Positions 1 through 14,130 of a stretch of DNA of 64,000 bases are shown piece by piece; the stretch's first letter is position 1, and every line of letters starts with the position of its first letter. A model generated the notes under the pieces. That model was given only the letters and a program-made list of their open reading frames with translations. It was not told where the DNA came from and did not search any database. The stretch lies in the NCBI RefSeq assembly GCF_009914755.1, contig NC_060940.1, one strand, 5' to 3'. The stretch comes from the human T2T-CHM13v2.0 reference genome, Homo sapiens. A program made the position numbers and the translations under genes.

Positions 1-269
1 TATGGAGACCTAGGTTTTATCGTGCGGTTACAGCCTCTAAGTAGCAGGTTTTAGGGAGAATAGACTGTAAATGTTTCTTATCAGACTTAAAGTTTGTGTT
101 GATGGTAATGGTGGAGAGGGGTATAATGAGGCATGTTCACCCCTCAGTTCTCATCATGGTCTGAACCAGTCTTTCAGGTTAAACTTTAGATTGCCCTGGT
201 CGAGGAGGGGGTCCTTTCACATGATGGGGGGTGAGGGTGGTCACCTTCAAATTTTATTTTTGATTTACA
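1..269 (-). mobile_element. ERV1 LTR, MER4 family (MER4B/D-like), truncated by window start
   Basis: Minus strand starts TGTAAATCAAAAATAAAATTTGAAGG and contains CATGCCTCATTATACCC and TTAAGTCTGATAAGAAACATTTACA, matching the MER4-group LTR 5' part. Confidence 0.8.
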
Positions 270-2739
270 TACTAAATAAAGCTCTCTGGTGAAGGGAACA
301 AAAAAAAAAGCTTTAGAGAGGGATGCAGAGAAAACAAAATTGAAGTTGAAAGGAATTTCGAAATTTGTGTGTTAAAGGAATGACTATTCAGTGCTGATAT
401 CAGTGTTGTGAAAAATGGTTAGAATAAAATGCTCATGAAAATTTCTCTTTTTAAAAAGAACCCTGACTCTTTCTGAAAATAAAAGTCATATTTGGACATT
501 ATGAAAAAATTTGCTATATGAAGTAGAATCTGACTCCCCCCAGCCTATCACTCATCACTCAACATTTTTGACGTATTTCCTCCTCTTTTAAAATATCAGT
601 ATATTTGAATTTTCATAGATACCCATTTTCCTCCAAAACAGAATCATACTATAAACATATTTTCATACAAATTATCTCATAAACATTTTCTAGTGTTACT
701 GATGGTTTGGGAAAACATGGGTTTTTAAAGGTTGTTTTTTTTTTTTTTTTTTAGCATATGGCTATACTGTAGCTTATTTACCCATTTGCCTACTGTTGGA
801 TGTCAGGTTTTTCTTGACATAGCCTGTGATAAATATTAATGAAATGAACAATAACAACTTTAAAAATGTACAAAATGGACAAGGGAGAGTGAACAGAGGA
901 CTCAGAGGGGGAAAAAAGATCCAATGGCCGTAAATATAGGACACTGTGTTCACCCTCTCCAATGTCAGATGAATGCAAACTAAAAATGTGTTGTCAAATT
1001 GAGAAATGTTTTGCAAAGGGCAATACTATACTGAATGCTTGTGAAGTTAAACTGCTAAACATTTTTAGAGGTTGCTTTGCAAGTACAAGGGATTTTTTTT
1101 AAGTGAAAGTGATTGTACTTTATAGCCTCATCAAGGATTATTTTTTGAGGAAACACTCAGAGATATAGTGAAAAAATGTTGCATACAAGGATATATGGTA
1201 CAAAGTTACCTATATACACTAAAACATCTCTCAAGTTTTCATTCAAAGAATAAAAGCTAGTATTCTCATGCTATGGTACTTTTAAGGCACTAAACGATGC
1301 CTGCCGTTGGTTGCTGAGTATTAATTTAGTCAGAGCTATGCATGCAGGCAGAGCTGGCCTATGCAGGCCCCATTTTTGTGACTAGGAATTTATTCTGCAC
1401 CAGCGTGGCATAGAGAGAAACCGAGTGAGTGCAGTGCCAGCTCGCCGCTAGCTTGGATGAATACATGACACACCATTGCGCTTGGAGAAAATGCTATTCA
1501 TTGAAAATAAAAGGGAATTTAGGAAGAAATGTAATACTCATCAGTAATTGCAAGGAAACTCTTGGATTTCGTTCCAGAGTCTTGGTAATAGTGGTTACAT
1601 AATATAGCAGTGAATGTATGCGTGAGATTAGAGAATTTTAGAAGGAAGAAACTGAGATTCAGAAAGAGACCGGGTGTACCAAAGTGTATCCAACCAAAAG
1701 CATTCACAGAGAGGGGGCAGATCACATATTGAACAGTGGTGCTTTTGGAAAAGATCATATGACAGCTATAAAGACTCTGATGAAAGGTTACTAGCAGGTT
1801 ATTCAAAGGTACTTTTTTTGAAGGCAAGATTTTAAGGCATGTTAGGGTAGGCATTCAAGTAGGGTGATTTTTTAAAAATGTATTTGCTTGCCGCAGAAGA
1901 CAAGTACAGGTTCTGCTCTGATGCCTGTCCTGGTCCTCTTTCCCTTTTAATGTTAGAATGTGGCAAATGCTCAGTAATCACTGAGCTAGGGATTTCCAAG
2001 GCTCTTGTCTTTGTCTGCATCCCAGGTCCAGGGATTGTACAGTTGGTAAACTGTACCAAAGCATGGAGACCAGGTGTTTACGAGGATTGAAGCATAGTTG
2101 GTGCTCCTTTCACCAAGCCTTGTACCACAAGCCTAGTGCTGTATCCATCCAGAGACAAGGGTGCCGTTTTCCTTACTCCAAATTTACATAAGCTACCAGT
2201 GTTTGCACCCATGCTGGGCTGGCCCCACCCAGAGGAGGGTGCTTTTTCTAACTCACAACCAAACATACAGGCAGAAATGGTCCTGCCTGTGCCTACTTCT
2301 CTGTTAGAAAAGAAACACTCCTCTTACTCACACTCATCGGATTCCAGTTAAGCCACTGTTTGCAGGGGCATTCCCTGAGGAAATTCGGGCTGGAGAAGAG
2401 AGATGAAAATATCTTTCTCAATTCTACCTTTGTATAGGAACTCCATTCTTTGTCTATCCATAGACTATTGGATTCCCTTAGCCTATATGTGAAGAAGGAT
2501 CTGATACAGAGCCTAAGTCTTACTGAGAGCCTTAGAATTGTCTTTAGTGAAGTGTTAAATAGTCGCTTTCAAGCATTCACTTTTGTAGATGTCTTCGCAG
2601 GATTTAAAGAAAGAATAAAACATGCCAGGATATTTATGAATCATGAGATTTAATAGAGACCAAAGTAGATCTTATTACTGATGTGCTTACTGCTTCATTA
2701 AATTCCCTTTAAGGTTTGCGGCTTGGATATGGATCATTT

Positions 2740-2880
2740 GCAATAATAATTAGGCAGTGATCGATTGATTGGGTCTGACATTGCACTTGTCACCTTGAAA
2801 TGCAAAATCCATCTATTTTCAACAGTGAACATTTCTCGCTAATCTTGCACACCAGCATGTGATAGTTTATTTTATGGAGA
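2740..2880. promoter_or_regulatory. Candidate enhancer-like non-coding element (TALE/homeodomain motif cluster)
   Basis: Repeat-free. Contains TAATAATTA, TGATCGATTGATTGG (2758-2772), an inverted TGACA/TGTCA pair (2776-2792) and ATGCAAAA. Motif evidence only. Confidence 0.35.
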
Positions 2881-3147
2881 AAGTACAATTTATAAAGTTT
2901 GGAGACTTAACATTAACCTTTTACTAAGAATGAAGTATCACTTGTCATTTTACAAAGAAATGAAAATCATCCAACCAGCAATTTTTTTGAGATTAGAAAA
3001 CACAGCCTAATTTCAAAAGAATTTTTCAAATCCAAAACGCATGCACTTCAATTGAGTGCTACAAGTATATTGTGAGTATTGGAGTTTACTAAACCTTCAC
3101 ATGGAGTATAAATGATAAAATTGTGAGCTTGAGACTAGCTCTGCTGT

Positions 3148-3186
3148 GTGTACAGACACACACACACACATTTAGACACACACACA
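3148..3186. repeat. (CA)n microsatellite, interrupted
   Basis: Direct reading. Confidence 0.9.
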
Positions 3187-5229
3187 TCTATTTGTCTATC
3201 TATTTCCACATTTAATTCCCTAATTCTATCTTTGCCTCAAAAAAAAAAAATGCAACACTCTGTTTCTGAAAAGTGTGGGTGCTTTCCAAGCTGTCGGACC
3301 AAAGTATTACTGAAAGTTATTCCATTTGAGGATTTGCACATTTCTTTCCAAGTTGTGATTTTTAAAGAGGGGATAAAAAACCAATGACCTCATTCTTTTG
3401 CATTTGTATCAACTTTGATTTCCAGAACTTTAACTGTTTTGAGTTTATGACGTGTCCAGTCTCAAGTCAGTATAGCAATGAGTAATCATTGTAGAATTGC
3501 CTATTAAGGGGCAGGCATCGTTCCTGATGCTGGAATAAAATAGCAAATGAAGCTGGCCTGGCCCATTTCTACACAGAACCTACATACTAGCTAGGAAGCA
3601 GAAGGCCACCTTCAGTCCTGCTGAATTTAGAAATACAGTATATGAATTGGTATGAAAAGACGTTCACAATGTATTGGTATGTTAAGAGATGATCAGTGAC
3701 AAAAGCTGTGTATCAAATGTATAGATAGATTGATAATCTACACACCAAGATGCTAAAAGTGATTAGTTTGAATGATTTCTCTTCTTCACCTCTCTGCAGT
3801 TTATAGTTTTTTGTTAAGTACATGTCTTGTTTACATAATAAAAATGACTTAAAGAAACGTAAATAATAACGAATATGCCTCATACAGGACAAACTAAGCA
3901 ACAAGTCTGGTGGTATCAGAATTTGTACAGAAAAACCTCTAAGGTACCCAGCAATATGTCAGAAATTACCAGACTCGTGACTTCAAGTGCCTTTAACTCT
4001 TAGTCATGAGAAAGTACTATTACCTAGTGATACCATTTGCAAAAGAACACACAAACAGATGTTTCTGTTGTTTAGCTGAGTCTCTCTTTCAAACATCCAT
4101 GGACAATTGAAATCTTCCAAGTATCCGTTGGTTTACACAACTTGCTCCCTATTATTAACAACAAGAGTAAAATAGAATTTAAATTTTGTTTTGTGTTTTT
4201 CCACATATAAAATCTAAAATAGTTCGTTACTAAAAGCAATCCTGCAATCCCACAGATGTCAGAATAGTAATTTAAGAAATATGTACCTATCTGTATCTGT
4301 ATGGAAATTAAGGCCAAGATAAGTAATAACAAAGTAGCATTGATTTCTTAAATGTCTTTGCTAGTGACTGCTGTCTGGAACTACTGAAAACTGCAGTATT
4401 AACCTCTAAATTGTATCCCTGAGACCCTCTTCACACTCACACCCATTCAATGGAATTGAGGATATAAGACAGTCCTGTTAGTTGATGTAACTTCTCCTAA
4501 GGGGGACCAGTGTAGCTTGAACATCTACTTAATCAGTCTGGTACCTCATCCCCATCAGGACAGTATGCCCCTCTGATTAAAACAGACTATTGTCATCCTG
4601 AGATGGAGGGAAATTGATTCTAATTCATGGACAAGGAAAGAGTAAAATTTAAAAACATAATCTATTCAAGATCCTGACTTTAAAAGCAATGGCTTACCTA
4701 AGATTATGCAAATAATTTATGATAAAGGTGGGCTGAAAATGTTGGGCTTCTATAGTCAAGTCAGGACCTCTTGCTGTGATATTGCTAACTCCTCAGCCTG
4801 GGTATTTACATCGGGACACCAGAAAGACACATGTTTTCCTGTTGGTTACATATTCATGGTCAGTGGAGTTAAGGACAATTAACCAAGGAACTCTAATGTT
4901 CATTTTCTTCAACCACTTCATCCTTTCTTGAGTATTGCTCTACCTTTTTTGTTGTGACTTGCAAAAATAACCAACACAAAGAGGCTCAGACAAAACACAT
5001 TCTTCAAGGGAGAACTCACTGGTGTACAAAACAGAAAAGTCCAAGAGATGGATCTCAGGTACAGCCCCAACCATATTCAGAAAATATACTCAGAAATCTC
5101 TGTGCTTGTGTGTGTGTGCACGTGCTTCTGTGCTTGTGTGTGTGTCTTTATGTTTCTCAGCTCTGCTTTCTTTGATTCAGTCACAGAAAAGCCCTTCTTG
5201 GCACCTACAGATCTCCACTTACATTCTTC

Positions 5230-5455
5230 TAGCTGAGCCCTTTGAGCTGAAAGAGAGCACCTCTGCCACTAAAGCTTGGATGTTTAAGCAAAAGTCTCAG
5301 GACTGCCTGTCATTGCTTCAGCTTAAAGTATAGGCCCATCCATTAACCAGTCACATTGGCTTGGCAGTAGTCTACGGAGATTGGCCAGGTCTGGGTCACA
5401 TGGCAACCTATGGAGGCCAATCCTTAATCTTTTTCTCTGGAACCATATGGTCTGA
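5230..5455 (-). mobile_element. Old MaLR LTR fragment (MLT1J/K-like), interrupted by L1PB1
   Basis: ccattaaccagtcac...gattggccaggtctgggtcacatg pattern; resumes after 6020. Confidence 0.45.
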
Positions 5456-6019
5456 TTTTTTTTTTTTTTTTGGCTTCACCTATTTTCTTTTTTCTTAGTT
5501 TTTTATTTTCATAGGTTTCGGGGAACGGGTGGTGTTTGGTTACATGAATAAGTTCTTCAGTGGTGATTTGTGAGATTTTGGTACACCCATCACTCAAGCA
5601 GTATACACTGCACCCAATTTGTAGTCTTTTATCCCTTACTGCACTTCCACCCTTTCCCCTGAGTCCACAAAGTCCATTGTGTCATTCTTATGCCTTTGCT
5701 TCCTCATAGCTTAGCTCCCACTTACGAGTGAGAACATACAACGTTTGGTTTTGCATTCCTGAGTTAGTCTGCAATCTCATCCAGGTTGCTGCGAATGCCA
5801 TTGACCCATTCCTTTTTATGGCTGAGTCATATTCCATCATATCTATCTGTCTATCTCTCTATATATATCTATCTATATATGGAGATATATAGGTAGATAT
5901 ATAGATTCAGTCACAGAGATATATATCTATATATCTATGTAGATGTATATAGAGATAGATAGATAGAGATATCACAGGTTCTTTATCCACTCATTTGATT
6001 GATGGGCATTTGCGTTGGA
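5456..6019 (-). mobile_element. L1PB1-like 5'-truncated LINE-1 3' end with target-site duplication (TSD)
   Basis: Poly-T, then gtttggttacatgaataagttc...gtccattgtgtcattcttatgcc typical of L1PB1. TSD GGAACCATATGGTCTGA (5439-5455) / GGAACCATCTGATCTGA (6020-6036). Confidence 0.9.
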
Positions 6020-6819
6020 GGAACCATCTGATCTGAGAATGGAGGAGGTATTGTTTCACTCAGGAGAGGTATACGTAGACAATAGATGCTAAGGAAGGAA
6101 AGCAATTGTTCTTTGTCCAGTCTTTGTCTGTGCTAATGACAACTCTATGAAACTACTCAGTCCAGGAGGATTTCTTACAGCACAACTCTCTGGTGTTCAT
6201 GGGACTGACAGTTCTGGAATATTTAAAACTATTCAGTACCCCCACCTCCTGTCTTGAATTCCTCCTTGTCCTTTGAAACTCCTTTACCGTGAATCTATAG
6301 CAGCATCATGACCTGTGAAGACACAGTGCACTTTGAGTTCATTTTTCCTGTGGGCTCTTTTTTGTTTTCGTGTGTCAGGTTCATAATGACTGTGTGTGCA
6401 TGAATGTGTGCATGAGCATGTGTGTAAACACATACGTGAGTTTCCATCTCTAGAAATTACTGTCATTCATCCTGGTCAGAGAATGTACAGCTTTGTTTAA
6501 TTAAATGGTGAAGCTAGTTGAGAATTGGCAAATGGAGTCAGATTGGAAAATATTTTACAGCTCTTTATTCTTCATTTTGTATTTCTTGTGTTAAACAGAG
6601 AAAGAAAAAAACACCCTTGGGATTGTAAGTGATGAACTTAAGTCTTTGGGATTCCTTTATAATTCAGTAGGTCATTAATTCTGCACTACTTGTTGCCTTT
6701 TGGCTTAAACATTTGTGTTTTCTATGTGCTTAGGGACTTCTTTTTAATCTTTTAGATATCTGTCTATCTCAAGGTCCTGGCATAATAATAATAATTTTAT
6801 TTCTTGTGTAATGATTTGA

Positions 6820-7460
6820 TTTAATTCAAACATTGTGGAAATCCTATGATGTGTGAGCTCCATGCTAGGTGCTTGAGATATGAATTCATGACACATAATC
6901 CCTGCCACCAAGAAGCACAAAATTTTTAAGGAGAATTAGAGAGTGACGTGACCAGATGCCCTAAAAGGTGTCTGCTGGACAGCATTAAACAGATACACAA
7001 GCAAACAAAATAGTATATTAATTAATTCATGAAACAAGTATTTATCATGCACCAGACACTATTCTTGGCAGTGGGCATGCAACAAGGAGGACATGGACAC
7101 GTCCCTAATCCTACGAAGCTTGCATTCCCATGTAAGCCACACAGTTAAAACACACACACACACACACACACACTAAATGAACAAATGCATAATTGCAGCC
7201 TGTGGTAAGTGCTATGATGTCAGGAAATACTTCTATAAGGAACTGATATTTAAGCCTGTTTCGAAAGTTGGGAGGACCAACTATGCAAAGAGTCAGAATG
7301 CAAGAACATTGTATCCAGGGAGAACAGAAAGTGCAAAGCCATCGAGGCTGAGAGAGATTGCTGGGTTCAAAGACTGAGTGGCTGGTGGGTATTAAACCTG
7401 TGGGAGATCAGCACACTGTGAGCTGGAGAGCAATGTGGAAACCTTTATTCAGGGATGTAA
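6820..7460 (-). mobile_element. L2 remnants (two 3'-end fragments) with internal (CA)n at about 7150-7173
   Basis: Degenerate L2 3' motifs (caaacatt...ctatgatgtg...ctaggtgcttgagatat; attcatgaaacaagtatttat...ccagacactattct). Confidence 0.6.
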
Positions 7461-7624
7461 ATGCCTTCTGGGGCAGACAGACAGTAGATATTCTCATCTA
7501 ATGCAGCATATTCTGGGGTATTATTAGCTCAAACTGGAAGGGGGCCACTCTAGGGTGGAGGCTGGACCTCACCTTAGGATTCCTCGATTCTTGTACAACA
7601 CTCCTCTCCTTACTCAGGAGGCTT

Positions 7625-7890
7625 TATTTTCTTAAACACAGCTTTATTGAGGAAGGATTAACTGTACATATGTAAAGTGTACATTTTGATAACTTGACTT
7701 CTGTGCATACCTGACAAACTTGACTGTAATCAAGGTAGTGAACATCTGTCACCCCAGAAGCTTCTTCCTACGTCGCTGACATCCTTCTTTCCGCTCCTCC
7801 CCTTCCACCCTCCCCAAAACAACCACCAATCCACTTTCTATTTCTACACACTAGTTTGCCTTTTCTAGAATTTTATATAAATGGAATCAT
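7625..7890 (-). mobile_element. L1M (L1MB/MC/MD-like) 3' end
   Basis: acagctttattgag...aaagtgtacattttgat...tttctagaattttatataaatggaatcata. Confidence 0.75.
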
Positions 7891-8829
7891 AGAGGAGGTG
7901 GAGTTACTTTTTATAGCTTTTAAGCCCACACAGAATAAAAGTATTCTAATCTTTTTTCCATATGTCTTTTTGTGTCTGAAAAGGATCTTAAACATCTCTA
8001 ACAATAACCTCCTTGTTTTCTCTACCCGTGGTCTAAAACCTGTGTTTGCTTGATGCTAAACGGTGGAGGGATTTTTCTGACTTGAAAAAGGCAGAGTTTA
8101 CCTCTCCTTTTCTTATCTCCATTATTATTTTGAAAAATGCAATTGACCTAGGAAAGAAAAAGGGGGATGACAGTGACATAAGATTGGGGGGGAGAGGGTA
8201 GAGAGGTGAAAGGATGAATCAAGCAAAGATGCTGCTTCATCGTTCTGATCCCAGAAATTAGATGTGTGGATGACCAATTTTCAGCTAATTAGCATAAAAC
8301 AAAATACATTTCAGGAAAATTGTGCTCGACACAATTTAATCTCTGATGGTTCAGAACAGTCTCTGGGTCATCATGAGCATCAGCTCTGGAATCAGAAGCA
8401 CTGGGGAGAAGGATTAATGGGGAACTGGTATTCAGGGAGCTCAACATATATGCTCACAATCTCCCCATTAACAAACAAGAACTTCTTTCTATTTTATTTC
8501 AGTACAGCTTGTCCTTTGTTTGCTTCCTGAATAATTTGAAAACATGTACAAGTTGAAGTGTAATGCAATATAAGACTTTCAGATATTAAACATTACATAG
8601 TTTAGGTATACAATTGATTCATCCATTCATTGATCTGGTAAACATTTATTAAACATGTACTGTCTCCAGGATATGTTTCTAGGTACTGAGTATATGGTGG
8701 TGCAGAAGGTGATTCTGTATGTGCCTGTAATTGTTTGTGTTTGCGTATGGTTCAGTGGGATTTGTTAGAGATATGATTAATTGCTTGTAAAATAGGAAAG
8801 TCTACCCTGAGCATAGGAGTTTAAAGCAA

Positions 8830-9330
8830 TGCAACAATTTTGCAACATCCACCACAGTTAAAAGTGTCCATACTCTTTGATCCTCTGATAGCACTAGTGG
8901 AAATTTATCTTGGAGATACACTCACCCCTGTGCTCAAAGATGCATGTATTACGAGGCTCATGAAGGCTTGTTTGTTGTACCTAAATCCCCGTCAAGGATG
9001 GACTAGTGAAACGAGTCATGATATATATTTATGGTTGAATACTATGCATCTGTGAAAAGAAGGAGGTTGGTTTGTCTGTACTGACATTCAACAAACTCAG
9101 ACATATGGTCAAGGAGGAGAAAAGCATGAAGCATAACGTTATGTGTGGTAGGTTTGCATTTGTCAATGGGATGGAAAAGAGGGCAGTATACGTGCAGCAT
9201 AGGAAAATACAAGACACTGCTAACTTCTGAAAATTTATTGATGAGCAGGGGAGTGAGGATGGAAAAAGAGCCACCTCTTTGAATTACTTTAAATATTTCC
9301 AAGGTGAATGTACTGGATTTTCAGTTTTGG
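8830..9330 (+). mobile_element. L1ME-type 3' region fragment
   Basis: ccatactctttgatcct...gcactagtggaaatttatctt...aaagatgcatgta, degenerate L1M ORF2 end and 3'UTR. Confidence 0.6.
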
Positions 9331-10229
9331 AAAGCTAATCTTAAAAGTGGAAAAATAGATAAAACAAGTATAAAGGATACCAGTAGATTTTCTAATGTTA
9401 ACCTTGGGACCTCATATATTATTGGATGCAAACGTCTACAAAGGTTGCTATTCTGTCCCCCTTCTCCCTTGACCATGCCGTGAAACAAAGAGAAAATGAA
9501 CAAATCCCTGCAACCAAACCCTCTCACCAGATTTGACTACTGCCAATGAGATTATTGAGTTACCAACTGCCTCTCAGAACCCTAAGGCAATTTGGAGCCC
9601 AGAAGGAAAGTGAGGCCCCCAGGTGGATGTATGGAAGGAAGGTGGTGCACCTTTGGGCCCTTGTGATCCAGGTGAGTGACAGAGTGACTCACCTAAAAAG
9701 AGAGGGAGGTCTCTGCAGTTGGAAGCTGCAAATGATGATGGTAGAATTTTGCACAACCCAGGGATCACAAGCCCAGTTTTAGGGGAAAGGGCTCTAAGAG
9801 TAGAGACATCCATATAGGCGCAGATAGTCCTCCTTTATTTAAATACACCAGCAGCTGCAAGGAGTAAAGGGTCTTGAGGTGGAAAAGAAGAGGGGTCATT
9901 CCAGATCCAAAAAATCGAGATGACTCCTTTGAGCAATTTCATTCACTCGTTTGCTGAACAAACCTGAATTGACACCTTCTTGGCACAGCCTTGCACTACG
10001 TGATGAGGTGAGGTGCTAGGACCAGGTCACTAGCATTCACTGAACTTTTCATTTCATGCAAGGGAAAGAGCCCCCTATCAGGTAATCTCACAGACAAATA
10101 TACAATTAAAAACTGTGATAGGGGTTATTAAGGACACTGCAGAGTAAAACAAACAAGCCTGATTATCTTACAGGGAGGAGGAGTTATAATTCACCTGTTT
10201 ATTTAGAAACCTGCTAATACTAATCACTA

Positions 10230-10537
<308 letters not shown>

Positions 10538-12368
10538 ATCGTTCCCACTTTACAGTTGACTACATTGAGGGGTTGAAAGATGAATTTGCTTGCAAAACAC
10601 AGCAAATATGAGTGGAGACAAGACTTCAGCCAATTAACACAGGGCTCCGGCTTAAGGAGAGCCTGAGCACAGTAGTTGCATAGTTGGTTATTTTAACAAT
10701 AAAATCTAAGAACTTCGAGTACACAGTGGCTAATAGCTAGGAGGGATCTCTGGGCACGAAGATTAGTGTAGTTGCTCTGGTGACATTTGGCATATTAACA
10801 TGAGACATGAAGAAACCTAAACCATATTCATTCACCATAGTTAAATGAGGCAGGAGTCAACAAAATACAGCCTGGCATTAATAGCCTAAAAACAAGATTT
10901 TTGAGTTTTTCTTAAAATTGTGCACGTAATATTACAAAGTGGTCATGTCACAGGAGAAAATTTTAGTGACTAAAGGCTGGAATGTCTGTCTATATTTATT
11001 CTAGTATATAACTGGTAAAGAATATGTGTTCCCTCCCATCCCAGGGTCAGCTGTGATACAGAATTAAGATTTTTAACTTTGGGTAGTAAAAGGACACCAG
11101 GGCATCCATGCTCTCCCTGAAATTGTGTATCGTACAGTATTTCTGGAAAGAAGTCTTCATTTGTTTGTTGTTTTTTTCTCCTAGAAGGGCATGGCACACA
11201 CACACATAAAGGTTAAGAAAAAATACTGTTTTTGAAAAGCCAAATAACTGTGGTTCACTATGTCGAGACATGTGGCCAATCTCATTTTCCTACAGATGTT
11301 GTTGGACATAAATTGATGATTTCAAGAAGCAAAAAGAATATTCTGCAATGCTCAGTATTAAGGAGTTCAGTGTGATCAGATGGGCCTTTGTCAAACTGAA
11401 GTATTTTAATTAACTTACACCGTAAAAGTGAAAGTGTAAAGCTTTGCTTTTCTTCCTAGCTAATCAATGAAGATTAATATTCTATGGGAACCCGACTTTG
11501 CAGACGGAGCTGAGCGGCACTATTTTCCCTACCATTTTTTCCTCATAGTAAATAAATCATTTTTATTATACTGTATGAATTTACTTAGCTCTTTTAATAG
11601 CCTTTGTAAGAATAATGCTTCCTTTGATTATATTACATTTTTAAATGAGTGCAGTGTGGAATACAGTTCTGCTGTTGGGGGAAGGGTGGTGAGAAAAGGA
11701 AAGAGATACTGATTATATCAGTTGTATCAGCTTATCCTGTGTGTTTTAAACCAGATAAAGCAATGTCTGAGTATCCTGGGAGTCTTAGGAGTAAATTACT
11801 AAGTATTTGCTTGGATTGAAATGGCTCATACCTGTGCCTTGTATAAAACTACTTCTGGGGAAGATGAGGTTAGTCTGAAAGGACCTGGTCTTTATAAAAT
11901 TATTCTGATTGTTATTTTGTACTTTTTTTTTTTATATTCAAGGTTCTGGCCAATCTATTTGATTTTTTTTCCCCCAAAGGAGAGAAGTAAACTTTATAAT
12001 TCCAGGGCTAACATCCACTTGTATAAATTGATCAGTTGAATTGAAAAGCTGCTGACTGGCTGATTTAGCATGTTCTTCAAGTGGTCTCATTCACAATTGA
12101 TAAGCTGACTTGTCACCCTGAATTATTGGAGGCTTAACCCTTGAAGGACAGATACAGTTTGGCCTATACAGATTGTACTTTTCATGAGACAGGAAAAGGG
12201 AGGAAGGGAGGTAAGTGTGTGTGTGAGAGAGATAAATTAATTTCATTAGAAACAAAAATATCCTGTGATCTTATGCGTTAGACCAAGTGTTGAAATATTA
12301 AAGTTCCTGATGAGAAAATTCAGAATCATACAAACTTTGTTTTTCTATGTCATCCATCTTGTACATAG

Positions 12369-12716
<348 letters not shown>

Positions 12717-12827
12717 TAATAGCTCCTATTCAGAACCTATAATAGCTCCACACTGTTTATGGAAAATAAATAATGGCTGAGGCTGAAAATTTAAGGTTAT
12801 CTTAAATGCAGCCTCAATATGTAAACT

Positions 12828-12860
12828 CTGTGTGTGTGTGTGTGTGTGTGTGTGGGTGTG
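12828..12860. repeat. (TG)n microsatellite
   Basis: Direct reading. Confidence 0.9.
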
Positions 12861-12899
12861 TCTCTCTGTCTGTCTGTCCGCAAATGGGTCAAAGTGAAA

Positions 12900-13130
12900 A
12901 GCTCTTGTGACCTTGATTCACAAGACTCAGGTTTGAGCTTCATTTCTGCAGTTTGTTAGTTGTGTGCTTACTCATCTGTTCTAGGCCTCTGTTTTATGAT
13001 TTGGGTAACAGGAATATTAGTAATGACAGCAATAATGGGGATGACTGGGCTATAATGCTACTTACCTAATTTAACTGATGTTTTCTGGAAAGAATGAAAT
13101 CAGAAAGCATATCTGCAAGTGCTGGCACCC
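12900..13130 (+). mobile_element. MIR remnant
   Basis: agactcaggtttgagc...gttagttgtgtg...ggcctctgttt, degenerate MIR core. Confidence 0.5.
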
Positions 13131-13779
13131 TCTGTAAGGCGCTGCCGAATTGGTTGGTTGTTCTTACATGAATTCAGGGGTGAGTCAGACCCATCGAACT
13201 GGAGTCAGAGAAAGCCTTGCAACCTGGACAGAATGGAAAATTAATTTTTCCTATTGCTTCAGGCACATGTTGAACCACGGTCAATTCAAGTTTGAGATCT
13301 CTGCAGATATATACGTTTTTAATTTGTCAACTAAATAAATACACAGATACATAAATACATTGAGCTTTCTGAGGAGACCTGGAGTCTGCATATTCTGTGG
13401 AGTTGATTTGAATGGAGACCCAAGAGTGTACCTCTGAGTCATTTTGGGTAAGAGTAATGCTCTATAGTTTTTTATCTTTTTTTGGACTTTGAGGACTTAT
13501 ACAATATAATGAAAAACACTGTTTTTAAGTCTTTCCGCAGTAAAGATTCTTACAAAGCAAAAGATAAAAAGTTTCCCTTCTTTCTCATCTACTTGCCATG
13601 TTCTCCTCCTGTTGACAATATCCTCCCACTTCCCTTTCGATCTTGTTATGTATTTGGTTGAATCAGATTCCATTGCTGATATTTGACTACTTAGATGTAT
13701 TGTAACAGGAATATATTATGCAATTATGCACCCGCACCATTGGAGCCACATGATGAATGTATGCAAATTATTATGTTAG

Positions 13780-14130
13780 CATAGAGTGCAATACTACACA
13801 GTGTCTTCTGACTCAATATCCTTCCACCCAAGAAACACATCTTGGAGATTGTTGCATGTCAACATGTGGAGATCTATTTTGTTCTTTGCAAGGCTGCATA
13901 ATGTCCTATGTTATAGATGTGTTCTCTTTTTTTTGTATATTTGCTCCCTTATTGATGATGGGCATTAAAGTTCCCTCCCGTGCTGATGGACATTAAAGTG
14001 GCCTCCCACTACCAAGTTTTCACAGTTACTCACAATGGCACTCTCGGGTCATGCATCTCAGTGTGTGCATGGGTGATTTCTTTTTATAGGATATATTCCT
14101 AGAAGTAGAATACTTGAGCTTTAAAAAAAA
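13780..14130 (-). mobile_element. L1ME-type fragment with internal 28-bp tandem duplication (13953-14008)
   Basis: cttggagattgttgcatgtcaacatg...gatgggcatt...ataggatatattcctagaagtagaat. Confidence 0.55.
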
